In this document: positions 19,991 through 29,999 of the stretch, piece by piece
How the letters are laid out: each line of letters begins with the position of its first letter
Position numbering within the stretch: the stretch's first letter is position 1
Sequence record: NC_061449.1
Reading direction: 5' to 3' (one strand)
DNA length: 64,000 nucleotides
Position numbers and translations under genes: made by a program
The notes under the pieces: model-generated
Seen by the model: only the letters and a program-made list of their open reading frames with translations
Told to the model about the DNA's origin: nothing
Databases searched by the model: none

Positions 19991-20977
19991 TTAAAGTTTA
20001 CGCAGACCTTTCTTAATCGCAGCGTTAACTTGCGCGGCTGACGGGTCTTTCGTTGCAAACAGATCGATGACGTTCGTGATTGAGTCCAGTTCGCCGAGAT
20101 GAATCTGGACGTTCTGCACTTTCTTCAAATGATCAGCGATGAAGGTCATCAGCCAGCCTCTCTGTTTCATGACGACAGCGACTTCAAGGTCTTTATAGGT
20201 GAAAGAGAACTTGTTGCCGGCTGCGTGAAGCAGTTTAGCTGCACCAGGAATAGGCTCAACGGCGCGAATAAACTCAGGCGCATACTGGCGAGCCGTCTTC
20301 GTGCTGAGGACAGAGTATGCAGGGTCGAATGTCCGCACCTTGTCTTTGACCTTAGACTTAGATCCTGGTGTTCCGCCAGTTTGTTTCATGTCCGGGTTCT
20401 GCGTCCACGTGAGACCTTGATCCAGACAGTCTTGGCCAGTCAGAGCTTCCTGAATGATGACACGCTTGCTCTTCCCTGTCTCAACATTCTTCTCGGCTTC
20501 TGCCTCAGTCTTGAACGGACCTTTGATGATGATATCGTTCGCGTGTCGCGTGTGGTCGATAACGTACCACTTGTTGCGTTCGATCTTACCGTTGGCATCT
20601 ACGGTGTTAGCACGAACAGGACGCGTGGTTTTCGCAGGAGCATTCTGCTGGATAGCGACAGGTTTGATCTTGATTGCGCGAAGACCGTTGATGACTGCCA
20701 CCAGCGTCTTGGCTTTGTACAGGTTCTTCACAGCAGTAACGAGATTCTTACCGGCAGCTTTCTTCGCAAACGCAGTAGTAGCATCGGCATCGTTCAGCAG
20801 GTCAAGCACAGCAGACAGCTTCGCAGTGTCCAGCTCTTTGATTTTCACCAGCTCGTCAATCTTCTTGATCAGAACTTTAGCGTTCTTACCGAAAAGGATT
20901 TCGGCGTTGGCTACTTGCTTCTTGTTGGCAGCGGAGACTGATACCACCGTGCCTGATGGGAGAGTCATTTCGTACAT
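19991..20977 (-). CDS. Lys/Ala-rich putative head-internal protein
   Basis: Basic composition; N-terminal 'VVSVS|AA' motif shared with other putative internal proteins. Confidence 0.55.
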   Translation of the reverse strand: MYEMTLPSGTVVSVSAANKKQVANAEILFGKNAKVLIKKIDELVKIKELDTAKLSAVLDLLNDADATTAFAKKAAGKNLVTAVKNLYKAKTLVAVINGLRAIKIKPVAIQQNAPAKTTRPVRANTVDANGKIERNKWYVIDHTRHANDIIIKGPFKTEAEAEKNVETGKSKRVIIQEALTGQDCLDQGLTWTQNPDMKQTGGTPGSKSKVKDKVRTFDPAYSVLSTKTARQYAPEFIRAVEPIPGAAKLLHAAGNKFSFTYKDLEVAVVMKQRGWLMTFIADHLKKVQNVQIHLGELDSITNVIDLFATKDPSAAQVNAAIKKGLRKL

Positions 20978-20986
20978 TGCTGTTCC

Positions 20987-21532
20987 TTATCGTTTCTTGG
21001 TCCAGTTGTTTTGTTTCACTGGAGTAGGTGCAGTGTTCTCTTCCGTGATTTCTTCTGCGTCGTCTTCTTCCTCGACGTCATCTACTTCTGGCTCAGGCTG
21101 TGTTTCCTGAACTGGAGTAGTGTTGAGTACAGACGCAGCCAGTGGCGCTTGAGACACAGTATTTACAGTAGCGACAGGCTCTGCTTCTGCGACTTTACGC
21201 GCTTCTGCGACTTCACCTACAGCGTGTGAGTGAATCACGTCAACAGTCAGCAGCGCACCCTTCTCTTTCAGGATTGCATCTGCTTTCTCTTGATCCCACT
21301 GGTCCCAGATAATGTCCAGAGTCTTGTAGCCCCAGTTCATGCCCTTAGGCAGTTTACCACGACCGTTGAAAGGCAGACCATTCGAAGGGGTAGCTGGCTC
21401 GAACTCGTCCATCATCTCCCACTTACGTTTTGCCTCGATACACTTCGGTCCCCACACACCATCACACTGACCGTCATACAGACCGAGCATAGTCATGATG
21501 ACCTGGAGTTTCTGGTAGAATTTATTCAGCAT
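20987..21532 (-). CDS. Peptidoglycan-binding (PG_binding_1-like) domain protein with acidic tail
   Basis: 'LQVIMTMLGLYDGQCDGVWGPKCIEA...WE' matches the LQ..L..LG.....DG.FG..T..A...FQ pattern. Confidence 0.7.
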   Translation of the reverse strand: MLNKFYQKLQVIMTMLGLYDGQCDGVWGPKCIEAKRKWEMMDEFEPATPSNGLPFNGRGKLPKGMNWGYKTLDIIWDQWDQEKADAILKEKGALLTVDVIHSHAVGEVAEARKVAEAEPVATVNTVSQAPLAASVLNTTPVQETQPEPEVDDVEEEDDAEEITEENTAPTPVKQNNWTKKR

Positions 21533-21547
21533 AGTGAATCCTCTAAC

Positions 21548-21569
21548 AAAGGAGGGGCCGAAGCCCCTT
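21548..21569 (-). terminator. Intrinsic terminator
   Basis: AGGGGC-TTCG-GCCCCT followed by a T-rich tract. Confidence 0.65.
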
Positions 21570-21574
21570 ACCTT

Positions 21575-24500
21575 TTAGACTGATTTGTTTTTCGACGCGG
21601 TCAGTTTCAACTTGTCGATACCCTGAATCGCTTTCTTGATGTTCGTGATGGTGTAGCCAGCTTTCACAATCTTGTTGATTCGAGCTTTCGCACCAGCAGC
21701 GTTTTTCACGAAGCCGATCCACATACCCGGTGACAGGTCGAACGTACCGAACTTACGAGTGTTAGGCACTTTCGTTCCGACGAAGCGTTTCATCTGCGGG
21801 TTAGTTTTCAGGTCAAACATAATACGCAGACGATCTTCCATCACCATTGGATATGCCTTGACGTGTTTCTTGTCAGTGGCAGACTTGTGACGCACAAGGA
21901 AGAACTGCTGCAACTGCGACTGCAACTTGATGGCCAGCTTGTAGTTGAAGCCCATTCGAGAATGCGTTTCGTCAAAGCTATCCTGGATGAACTCCAGACG
22001 CTTCTCAGACATGCGGTCGAATGACAGTTTCTTACCTTCGATGAAGTCCAGCATTGCAACGAAGTCATCGTAGTACGCACAGTCGTAATAGACGTAATCA
22101 CCAAACTCGGTGAAGTCGAAACCTTTCAGAGCTTTCGCATCAGGGTCAGTCGCGTCAGCATACAGAGCAACGAATCCGTTGTACACTGTAGGCGTCAGCT
22201 CCAGAGCCATGTCTGCGCCGCCTTTGTCGTCAACAGGCGCGATGGTTCCAGGCTTAGCACGACGAGTAGTGTTGTCCAACACTTTCAGTTCAGACGGCTT
22301 ACGGCGACGAACTTTCTTGGCAGCTTCTTCAACACCTTCGTTGATTGGCTTACCAGTCTTTTTGTTCTCCACACGCTTGGCAACGCGAGCAGCTTTACGC
22401 GCCTGCGCTTCCACCTTCTTCTCTGTCTCTTTCGTGTCAGCAGTCTGCGTTTCGTCGAGAACGGTGTCCTCAACTTCAACACGGTTCGCTTCGGCGGTAG
22501 CGCGTTTGCGATCTTTCTCGTTCGCCCACGGCTTACGCTGTTCGAAGAAACGTTTCAGATCGTTCTTATCTACCTTGGTGGCAATGTGAACTTTCGTTGC
22601 AGGAACAGCAACGGTCTCACCAGAGCCCGCCAGACGAACACGAACGGTACTGATAGGACTGTCACCGCGCAGCTTACCATCGACCATACGAACAGTCACA
22701 GATACGACAACGCCGTTACCGAACTCAGTCACGACAGGTGCACGATTCAGAGAATCTTTCAACCCTTCACCGCTAGTGAAGTTACGGTTACGCGCCCAGT
22801 CCAGAATACGCTCAGTGCCCCAGCCGTTACGATCAGGGATCTTCTGGTTAGCAACGAGCGGAGTCTGCTCCATAACACGGAAGTCATTCAGAGCTGGAGT
22901 TGACGGCAGCGCTTGCATTGCTGCAATCGTTGTCTTACGCATCTCTTGGAACTCTTGTGACTCGATTTCGTTCAGGTCACGCTTCGCGAGGAAGTATGGA
23001 GCAAAGTCTTCCATCGTGTTATTGTCGATCAACAGCTTCGCGCTCATTTTGATCGGGTCGAGCTTGTACTGGTCGAGTGCTTCGTAACGCTGGTTGCCTT
23101 TCTCGTCAAAGCGAGTCTTCTCCAGAGTCTTCCACATCAGACGTGCAACCTTACCAACTTCCAAGGTCTTGTTCGTCATAACCCAGTCGATGAACACAAC
23201 TTCACGAGCCATGTCGCCCGGCTTACCATTCTCGTCCAACTTCGCAGCAGCAACGTCAGGACGGAAGATACGCGCAGTAGACTGATCGTAAGTACCAGGT
23301 GACCACGGAGTATCGCAGCGGATGATACGGCTACCCATCTGCATGTTGTGGCCTTCGGAGATTGCCTGTTCGTTCGCAATCAGAATCTGAACGTTGTTGT
23401 CAGTTTTGAATGCGTCGAGGTTAGCATCTTTGTTCTGGCCGAGCTTACCAACTTCACCGTGATACACCACAGCAACTTTCTTATAGTTGGCTGGCAGTGC
23501 GTTGTAGATGGCGTTTGCGGCACGAACGTAACGAGTGAAGACAATCAGCTTGCCCTGCACTTCTGGCTTCCAGTAATCCGGATCGTCCGGAGGCGGAACC
23601 ATTGAAGGCGGCAGCGCTTGACGCTTGAACTCTTCGGACTGCTTACGTGCCAGATACTTCTGACCGTTGTAGACAGCAATGTCCAGTTCACGCGGCTCTA
23701 CGCCAGGCTTCCATTCGAAGATCTGCTGCTCACCGAGCATAGGATCACGTTCAGGCTGCACTTCGAAGTGCTTCTTGATACGGTCGATGATGGTCAGTAC
23801 CTTCGCAGAAACGAAGTTCGTAACACCTGCGGCTTCAAACGTCATACGAGCAACGTCATCACCCATAGGGTCAGTCAACATCATCTCCATACGCTGGAAG
23901 TACATGTTCAGGTCAGCGTTACCCGCCAGCAGTGCGCCGAGGTCATCGCCTTCTTCGATTTCATCTTCGTCAATGTCAGACGCAGAATCACCACCATCAC
24001 CGCCACCAGCTTCGTCGTCATCGTCGTCGCCACCGCCACTTTTCTTCTTGGCGTTCTTAGCAGCTTCATCCAACTTCTCCAGCACTTCTGCGTACATTGC
24101 GTTGTACACTTCTTGGTGCAGAGCAGAGTTAGGAACTGACGGGTCATCGATCTCAACCTGAATGAAGGTATCAATCGGGTTCGGCAGCATGAACGCCCAA
24201 TGCTTACGCTTAAACGAAATGAACGCTGTATGGTTTGCCATACGTGAATGCGCACGACGAATCATTTCGATATCGTCTTTCGCGCCGTCATACGCAACGT
24301 CCAGTGAGTCACCGAACATAGCAGGCGTCATCAGTGCAGCCTGACCAACGATATCACGCACACGGTCAGTTACCAGCGTACCGGTAGCGATACGAGCATA
24401 GCGAACAGACGGAGCAGTGAAGACTGCTTTGGTGTTGAAGTGAACCTGAGAACCAGATTGACCACCAGAGAAGTTTTTCACTTTATGCGATTCATCGAGC

Positions 24501-27427
24501 AGCACGTAGCTGAACTTGAAGCGGTTAACGAACTCTACAGCACCACGCACACGAACACGCACACCGCCAATATCAACGTTGAACGTACCAGTTTGCAGAT
24601 AGCTCAGGCCGACGATGAAGATTGTGTTACGAGGCGACTGAGAGATCACATCGTACATACGTTCTTCGCCCCACGTGTTAACAGTGTCAGCAGTAATAGG
24701 CACTGCGTTCCAGCCGTTAACAATTTTGTGGAGGTCGTCACACCAGTTCGCTACGAGGTTAGACGGACAGATGATCAGAGGACGAATTGTTTCTTCACCC
24801 AGATCATCCAGCTCTTTGATAAGAGCAGCAATGTCGGTCAGACCGATAATCGTTTTACCGCCACCAGGTGCGATAAAGATTGTTGCGTAGCGCGGGCGGC
24901 GACGCAGAGTTTTATGCGCTTCGACCTGATGCGGCAGTAACGCTGCACCGTCTTTCAGACCCGGAATACGGATATCGTCAATCGTGATACCGCTATCAGG
25001 TTTCAGGCGTTCGATCTCAGTCTCAGCCGCTTCGAAAATCTCAAGAGACTTAGGAATCACATCGCTGTACATCGTAGCGAACGGCAGGATGATCTGTTGC
25101 AGACGGCCTGAGCCAGGAGCTTCTTCGGACTCGATCAGAGAACTGAACAGCTTCTTACGGTCAGCACGTACAAGCGCCTGTGACATTTCACGATACACAG
25201 CACCACCGAAGTAGTTGTTGAGTCGTGCCATATCAGACAGCTTAGACTTCTCACCCATCACGAAGTAGTGAGTGTGTGACGGCAGAGATTCGGTTGCAGC
25301 CGTAATGCTCCCCATCTCAGACAGAGAGGTTGCAATCAGGTTGGAGCCACGCAGACCGGCAGCATCGTTCAGCACACGAATCATGATACGAATCATGGTC
25401 AGTGCAGGACGCTCGTTCGACATATCAGGCACAGAGAAGTCATTAGCAATGAGATTCTCGTACAGACCGCGATCCATCGGGCTTTCTTCAAGGGACGCGT
25501 TCTCTGCATCCATGCCGATTGCTTTACGTGCGTTCTCCACCAGCGTTTTCAGGTCAGGAACCTGTTTGCTCTTGAGCATGAACTCGTAGGTCTGACACGT
25601 CTGCGCGATGATGTTCAGCAGCTCAGGCAGGTTAGAACCTTCGGTGGAGTTGTACTTGATCGTGGATTCACTCACACTCTCAATCAACTTACCATTACCG
25701 GATTCAACCTTGGCAGCTTCTACCATCGTGTCGAATGACGGGCGATACAGTGCCATGCCACCAGACGCTTGGTTGTGATAGATGTTGCCAATCACATTCG
25801 ACACAGAACGGAAGTTCGGTGCTTCACCAGGCTCTGCGAAGTCGTAGCCTAAAGCATCAGCAACGTCAAGCGAGTTCGGTGCTTTCATGCCGACAGTACG
25901 CGTTTCGTTAACTGCCAGACCGCCACCATTAGAGGTGTTTACGATCAGCGAGAAGTCAGGGTCGATGCCGATACACACGTCGCTGAAACGAGACAGAGAC
26001 TTAGCTTTCGCCTGAATGTCACGGTCGAAGTCCAGATTGTTGTTCTGGATAGCGAACATGTTGGTACGCAGCGTGTCGTGTTCAGTAGACAGCGGAACGC
26101 CTTTCTCGAACAGGTCTTCAAGCACACCGTTCAATGAGGTTTCGTAGGTCTTCACCATCTCAACGTCAATGTCTTCACGACGCGGCAGAACAGCCATCGT
26201 ACCGTTCGGCATGATAGTCATACCATTCTCGTCGGCGACCACATCGTTCACGGCGTAACCGAACTTTTCACGCAGCTTCTTCAATTCAGGCAGAGAAGTC
26301 GCAGACGTTACATAGCGCGGGATACGTGCAGCACGAGTGATACCTGTACGAGTGGAACCAGCAACGCGGAAGTAATAGCTCGCCCACCCCTGGAACCAAC
26401 GATACAGACACATGGTCTGTGTGTCAGCACCCTGAGAGATGTACTCAACCATCTCTTTCTCGAAGTTAACGATCAGACCGCCTTCAACGCGAACGTCGGT
26501 GGCCAGTGCTACTTCGTTGAAATCGACAGGAGTATCGTGACTGATCTTCATCGCCTGAATCTTACGATCAATCATCTGTTTCCCAGGGACTGAGCGAATG
26601 CCGATAGTCATGAAGTCACCAAGACCATCAACCACAGACTTATCCAGATTGCGGAACAGGTCGATATCAATGTTGTGCATTGACGGGTGAATAGAACGCA
26701 GAGCAGCGTTATACACGGACCAGTCTTTATCCAGAGGGATGCGCACCATCTTGGTATCGAATGCGTTACTGTTAGTACGCTCAACGCCGAAGATATCCTT
26801 GTACAGAGTCTTCGCTACACGGATTGCTTGCTGTGCAATGTCGGCACTGTAGGTACGCAGGTTGGCACTTTCGAAGTTGGCATCGTTATCAACGCGAGGA
26901 CGGTCGCTACCCTGATTGTTCAGAACGTTGAAGTTACCGTTCGAGGCAAGTGGGCTAGTCGGGCACGGGGTACCAGACATGATGATATCTTTACCGCCAG
27001 GGAAGCGCGTACTGTTTTCGATGATAGCACCAGAAGAGGAAGACAGGTGCTCGGCAAGAGCAGTCTTAATCTCACGGCTGAGCTTATCACCGTTCAGCAT
27101 CATGTTAATCTTGAGCGTAGCCGCATCAATGTTGTTCTTAACACGCTTAACGAAATCGTCAGGTGCAACATCCAGCATGTCCTCGAACTCTGCACCGTTA
27201 ATAACGATGTAGTTGATCAAGTCGAACGCGGCATAGATGCGAGCTACTGTTGACGCGGTGAACACTGCGAGGGCTTCGTAGTTACGACGAGACTTCCCTG
27301 TAGCGTACATCTTCGACATTTTAGCGTCGAACTCGGGCGGCAACGGACGAATAGCAAGCGCCTGATTAAACGTATCGGCGATTTGCTGAGTCGCTGTTGC
27401 TGACACACTAATCATCTGATTCATCAT
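21575..27427 (-). CDS. Giant SNF2/SF2-family helicase/translocase, 1950 aa
   Basis: Q motif 'LLPHQ', Walker A 'APGGGKT', 'LIICPSNLV.NW', 'LLDESHKVKN', 'ATGTLV', 'EGHNMQ' and 'W.P...DQ..AR'; ~800-aa uncharacterised N-terminal region. Confidence 0.85.
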   Translation of the reverse strand: MMNQMISVSATATQQIADTFNQALAIRPLPPEFDAKMSKMYATGKSRRNYEALAVFTASTVARIYAAFDLINYIVINGAEFEDMLDVAPDDFVKRVKNNIDAATLKINMMLNGDKLSREIKTALAEHLSSSSGAIIENSTRFPGGKDIIMSGTPCPTSPLASNGNFNVLNNQGSDRPRVDNDANFESANLRTYSADIAQQAIRVAKTLYKDIFGVERTNSNAFDTKMVRIPLDKDWSVYNAALRSIHPSMHNIDIDLFRNLDKSVVDGLGDFMTIGIRSVPGKQMIDRKIQAMKISHDTPVDFNEVALATDVRVEGGLIVNFEKEMVEYISQGADTQTMCLYRWFQGWASYYFRVAGSTRTGITRAARIPRYVTSATSLPELKKLREKFGYAVNDVVADENGMTIMPNGTMAVLPRREDIDVEMVKTYETSLNGVLEDLFEKGVPLSTEHDTLRTNMFAIQNNNLDFDRDIQAKAKSLSRFSDVCIGIDPDFSLIVNTSNGGGLAVNETRTVGMKAPNSLDVADALGYDFAEPGEAPNFRSVSNVIGNIYHNQASGGMALYRPSFDTMVEAAKVESGNGKLIESVSESTIKYNSTEGSNLPELLNIIAQTCQTYEFMLKSKQVPDLKTLVENARKAIGMDAENASLEESPMDRGLYENLIANDFSVPDMSNERPALTMIRIMIRVLNDAAGLRGSNLIATSLSEMGSITAATESLPSHTHYFVMGEKSKLSDMARLNNYFGGAVYREMSQALVRADRKKLFSSLIESEEAPGSGRLQQIILPFATMYSDVIPKSLEIFEAAETEIERLKPDSGITIDDIRIPGLKDGAALLPHQVEAHKTLRRRPRYATIFIAPGGGKTIIGLTDIAALIKELDDLGEETIRPLIICPSNLVANWCDDLHKIVNGWNAVPITADTVNTWGEERMYDVISQSPRNTIFIVGLSYLQTGTFNVDIGGVRVRVRGAVEFVNRFKFSYVLLDESHKVKNFSGGQSGSQVHFNTKAVFTAPSVRYARIATGTLVTDRVRDIVGQAALMTPAMFGDSLDVAYDGAKDDIEMIRRAHSRMANHTAFISFKRKHWAFMLPNPIDTFIQVEIDDPSVPNSALHQEVYNAMYAEVLEKLDEAAKNAKKKSGGGDDDDDEAGGGDGGDSASDIDEDEIEEGDDLGALLAGNADLNMYFQRMEMMLTDPMGDDVARMTFEAAGVTNFVSAKVLTIIDRIKKHFEVQPERDPMLGEQQIFEWKPGVEPRELDIAVYNGQKYLARKQSEEFKRQALPPSMVPPPDDPDYWKPEVQGKLIVFTRYVRAANAIYNALPANYKKVAVVYHGEVGKLGQNKDANLDAFKTDNNVQILIANEQAISEGHNMQMGSRIIRCDTPWSPGTYDQSTARIFRPDVAAAKLDENGKPGDMAREVVFIDWVMTNKTLEVGKVARLMWKTLEKTRFDEKGNQRYEALDQYKLDPIKMSAKLLIDNNTMEDFAPYFLAKRDLNEIESQEFQEMRKTTIAAMQALPSTPALNDFRVMEQTPLVANQKIPDRNGWGTERILDWARNRNFTSGEGLKDSLNRAPVVTEFGNGVVVSVTVRMVDGKLRGDSPISTVRVRLAGSGETVAVPATKVHIATKVDKNDLKRFFEQRKPWANEKDRKRATAEANRVEVEDTVLDETQTADTKETEKKVEAQARKAARVAKRVENKKTGKPINEGVEEAAKKVRRRKPSELKVLDNTTRRAKPGTIAPVDDKGGADMALELTPTVYNGFVALYADATDPDAKALKGFDFTEFGDYVYYDCAYYDDFVAMLDFIEGKKLSFDRMSEKRLEFIQDSFDETHSRMGFNYKLAIKLQSQLQQFFLVRHKSATDKKHVKAYPMVMEDRLRIMFDLKTNPQMKRFVGTKVPNTRKFGTFDLSPGMWIGFVKNAAGAKARINKIVKAGYTITNIKKAIQGIDKLKLTASKNKSV

Positions 27428-27918
27428 TCACCCAGTTTGGTATAGTTGTCGATTACTGATTGCCACACGCTCGGTACAGGCAGGCGACGATCAGCAGCGA
27501 TATCGGACAGCACTACTGCCAGAGCGTAGGCACGAAGAGGGTTAAGCCCCTCGAACTTATCACGCGTAAACACAGACATGAGTTGATCATTAGTCAGTGT
27601 CTGATATTGAGCGCGATACTCTGCCAAGTAAGCACGGTACTTGCCGTCATCCACCGGAGTTGTATCAGGTACGCTTCGAATGGATAGCAGCGCTTTCGCA
27701 AGAGCATCCATAATCAAGAGCAGATCAGCCTGATCATACGGAGTGATATCCGGCACGTTGGAACGGCCCAGCAGTTCAAGAACTGACTGAGGCAGTTGAA
27801 TAGGCGTTTGCGCCTCGGACAAAGACTTCATGATTCCGTCTGCCGCATTTGCGTAGCGCTTATCGCTTGTCGCAATATTTGACAGCAGAGCATGAAGCCG
27901 CGAGTTTACGTCAATCAC
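27424..27918 (-). CDS. Hypothetical protein
   Basis: GTG start at 27918 with AGGAG RBS; stop overlaps the SNF2 start. Confidence 0.6.
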   Translation of the reverse strand: MIDVNSRLHALLSNIATSDKRYANAADGIMKSLSEAQTPIQLPQSVLELLGRSNVPDITPYDQADLLLIMDALAKALLSIRSVPDTTPVDDGKYRAYLAEYRAQYQTLTNDQLMSVFTRDKFEGLNPLRAYALAVVLSDIAADRRLPVPSVWQSVIDNYTKLGE

Positions 27919-27928
27919 GGTTCTTCTC

Positions 27929-28711
27929 CTAAATAAATATGCTCTTGACCAAAGTGTTGAGCCTCTTCTCCACAGCATGACGTTTGTACGAGGACAGGAA
28001 GCAACACAGTCTGCGTGATTGTAGGTGCAGGGCAATCGCATTACCCTTTACCCGCATACAGTCTATGCCAAGGTCAAGACTCCACGGGTGCCAAGCACGA
28101 GGTGCAAGCATTGCCTGTTGAATTGAAGGGTAAGTGTCCGGTACGACAGGCAATGGAGACTTTGCCAGTTTCTTAGTCAAATTATCAGTTTTGAACAAAG
28201 CCTTTGGTTCTTTGTTCGAAAACCAGTAAGGAACCTGCTTGTGAAGTATCTCACCAACTTTAGGAATACCACCACGAGTTGTCTGGGGCACATACACCAG
28301 ATAAATATCAATCGTGGTGTTGATGCAGTTGGCAACTCGGTTATAGTCGCTATCGGTTCTACTGTGTACTTCCGCCAGACGAAACTTGTTGCTGAACTCA
28401 ATACGTTGCAGCCACTGTTTCAGATCACGCTGTTGAAGTTGCAGCAGCGTCTTCGCCTGTTCGATAGAGTGTTTCGTGATTGGAGGTACAGGGCGAATCA
28501 GGAACTGAGTGCTGGTCTTTGCGAGAGAAGACAAGAAGCCTTCTACTACGCGCTGCATACCGAGAGGCTGAGGCAGTGAGTGAAACAGATCAACCGCAGT
28601 CTGCGTAGAGATGTATGCTCCCCACGCTTCGATATACTCAGGGCTAACGCAATCAGGGAAGTTGCGTAGGTCGAGCCCTACGTCTGAGCCATAGCGTTTC
28701 AAACGACTCAC
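27929..28711 (-). CDS. Hypothetical protein, 260 aa
   Basis: GGAGG RBS; start coupled to the HNH stop. Confidence 0.6.
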   Translation of the reverse strand: MSRLKRYGSDVGLDLRNFPDCVSPEYIEAWGAYISTQTAVDLFHSLPQPLGMQRVVEGFLSSLAKTSTQFLIRPVPPITKHSIEQAKTLLQLQQRDLKQWLQRIEFSNKFRLAEVHSRTDSDYNRVANCINTTIDIYLVYVPQTTRGGIPKVGEILHKQVPYWFSNKEPKALFKTDNLTKKLAKSPLPVVPDTYPSIQQAMLAPRAWHPWSLDLGIDCMRVKGNAIALHLQSRRLCCFLSSYKRHAVEKRLNTLVKSIFI

Positions 28712-29073
28712 CGTTTACCTCCATGAAGCAATCTTGAACCACGGCGGTTGTCAGAGCCAATTTGGTTGTTGTCACAGTTATGGCACAATAGTTCAAGATT
28801 GTGCTTCATGTTCGAACCGCCTTTGGCGTGCCCAACTTTGTGGTTAAGAATAAGCTGTGCTGTTGGTACGCCACAGCGCTCACAGAATTGACCACGCTCG
28901 TCAATGATACTCATTTTAAGACGCGTCCAGTCAGCTCTGTCCATGCGAACGTGTGTACCTGCGCGAGCACGTTCAAATCCAGTAACACCTGCAAGACGTT
29001 GTGACGTAGACAAGCTCCTGCCACGGCCACCCATAGTTCTTGCAGCAATACCACCCTTAGGTCTGTAAGCCAT
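28708..29073 (-). CDS. Small HNH endonuclease (Zn-finger type)
   Basis: 'CERCG...LILNHKVGHAKGGSN..HNLELLCHNC'. Confidence 0.8.
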   Translation of the reverse strand: MAYRPKGGIAARTMGGRGRSLSTSQRLAGVTGFERARAGTHVRMDRADWTRLKMSIIDERGQFCERCGVPTAQLILNHKVGHAKGGSNMKHNLELLCHNCDNNQIGSDNRRGSRLLHGGKR

Positions 29074-29109
29074 GTTGTTCTCCTAGATAACAGTTCTATT
29101 TACAGACTA

Positions 29110-29940
29110 TTAGGCGCTCGCACTAAAGATCTGTACGGTCTTCGTCAGACCCGCTTGATAGGACTGTTCAATGTCTTTCGCCGCACGACGAACGATGTTC
29201 TCTACTGCGTTCTGTGCCGCATTCACAAGCTCAATAGGCAGGTTCTTTTTGTTCCACGCATTGACTTGGTGGAACACGCTAACCAGAATAGTGCCTGACG
29301 ATTCAGCGAATGGACCGAGAACTTCTTCGTTCAGAATCTCACCCAGCTGACCAACATCGCGCAATGCACGTAGGTCTGCGATGATCTCTCGCATCTGGTT
29401 ATACAGTTGCATCAGCGCATAGATATCACGGCTCTGCAATTTTTCTTTGTAGTTCTTCTCACAGAGTCGCGCCATGTCCTGACACTGTTTGAACATCGTC
29501 ATGTACTCGGCGATCTGTTCGTTCTCTTGCTTGATAACGTCAGGCACGTCAGCCATAGCTTCAATGAACTGACCTTCAAGCGCAACAATATCGTTGCTTA
29601 AACTCTTTTTGTCTTTCTTCTTTTTCTTCTTGATTGTATCGACTGCGTTCTCTTTCTTTTTCTTTTTCTTCGGCTTCTTCACAGACTCAGCATCAGGAGC
29701 AGGAAGAGCCTTGATTGCTCTTTGAGTAGCTGCAATGTCAGAATAGAAATCACCAGCATCGGTGTTCTGAGGCAGCAAATCCTTCGAAGGATCAGACTTC
29801 TTTTTCTTCTTGACCTTAACGCCTTTGCTAACTGTCTTAGCTTTCTTGACGGTGGTCTTAGCTTTAACTTTCGCTTTGCTCTTTTTCTTTTCGACAGGCT
29901 GTGCGAAAGAGCCAATGTCATCCAAGCTTATGGCCGCCAT
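29110..29940 (-). CDS. Protein with Lys-rich N-terminus and helical C-terminus, function unknown
   Basis: Poly-Lys tracts followed by an amphipathic helical domain; GAGG RBS. Confidence 0.6.
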   Translation of the reverse strand: MAAISLDDIGSFAQPVEKKKSKAKVKAKTTVKKAKTVSKGVKVKKKKKSDPSKDLLPQNTDAGDFYSDIAATQRAIKALPAPDAESVKKPKKKKKKENAVDTIKKKKKKDKKSLSNDIVALEGQFIEAMADVPDVIKQENEQIAEYMTMFKQCQDMARLCEKNYKEKLQSRDIYALMQLYNQMREIIADLRALRDVGQLGEILNEEVLGPFAESSGTILVSVFHQVNAWNKKNLPIELVNAAQNAVENIVRRAAKDIEQSYQAGLTKTVQIFSASA

Positions 29941-29962
29941 GTGAAAATCCTCGATAGAAATG

Positions 29963-29990
29963 AAAAAGGGAACCCCGCGAGGCTCCCTTT
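29963..29990 (-). terminator. Intrinsic terminator
   Basis: Minus strand AAAGGGAGCC-TCGC-GGGGTTCCCTTTTT. Confidence 0.7.
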
Positions 29991-29999
29991 AGGGTTTGA

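Noticed and set aside
21160-21168. Extra CTGTAAATA copy
   Set aside because: It lies inside the PG-binding protein CDS, ~180 nt from the next start. It may be chance, so it was not called as a promoter.
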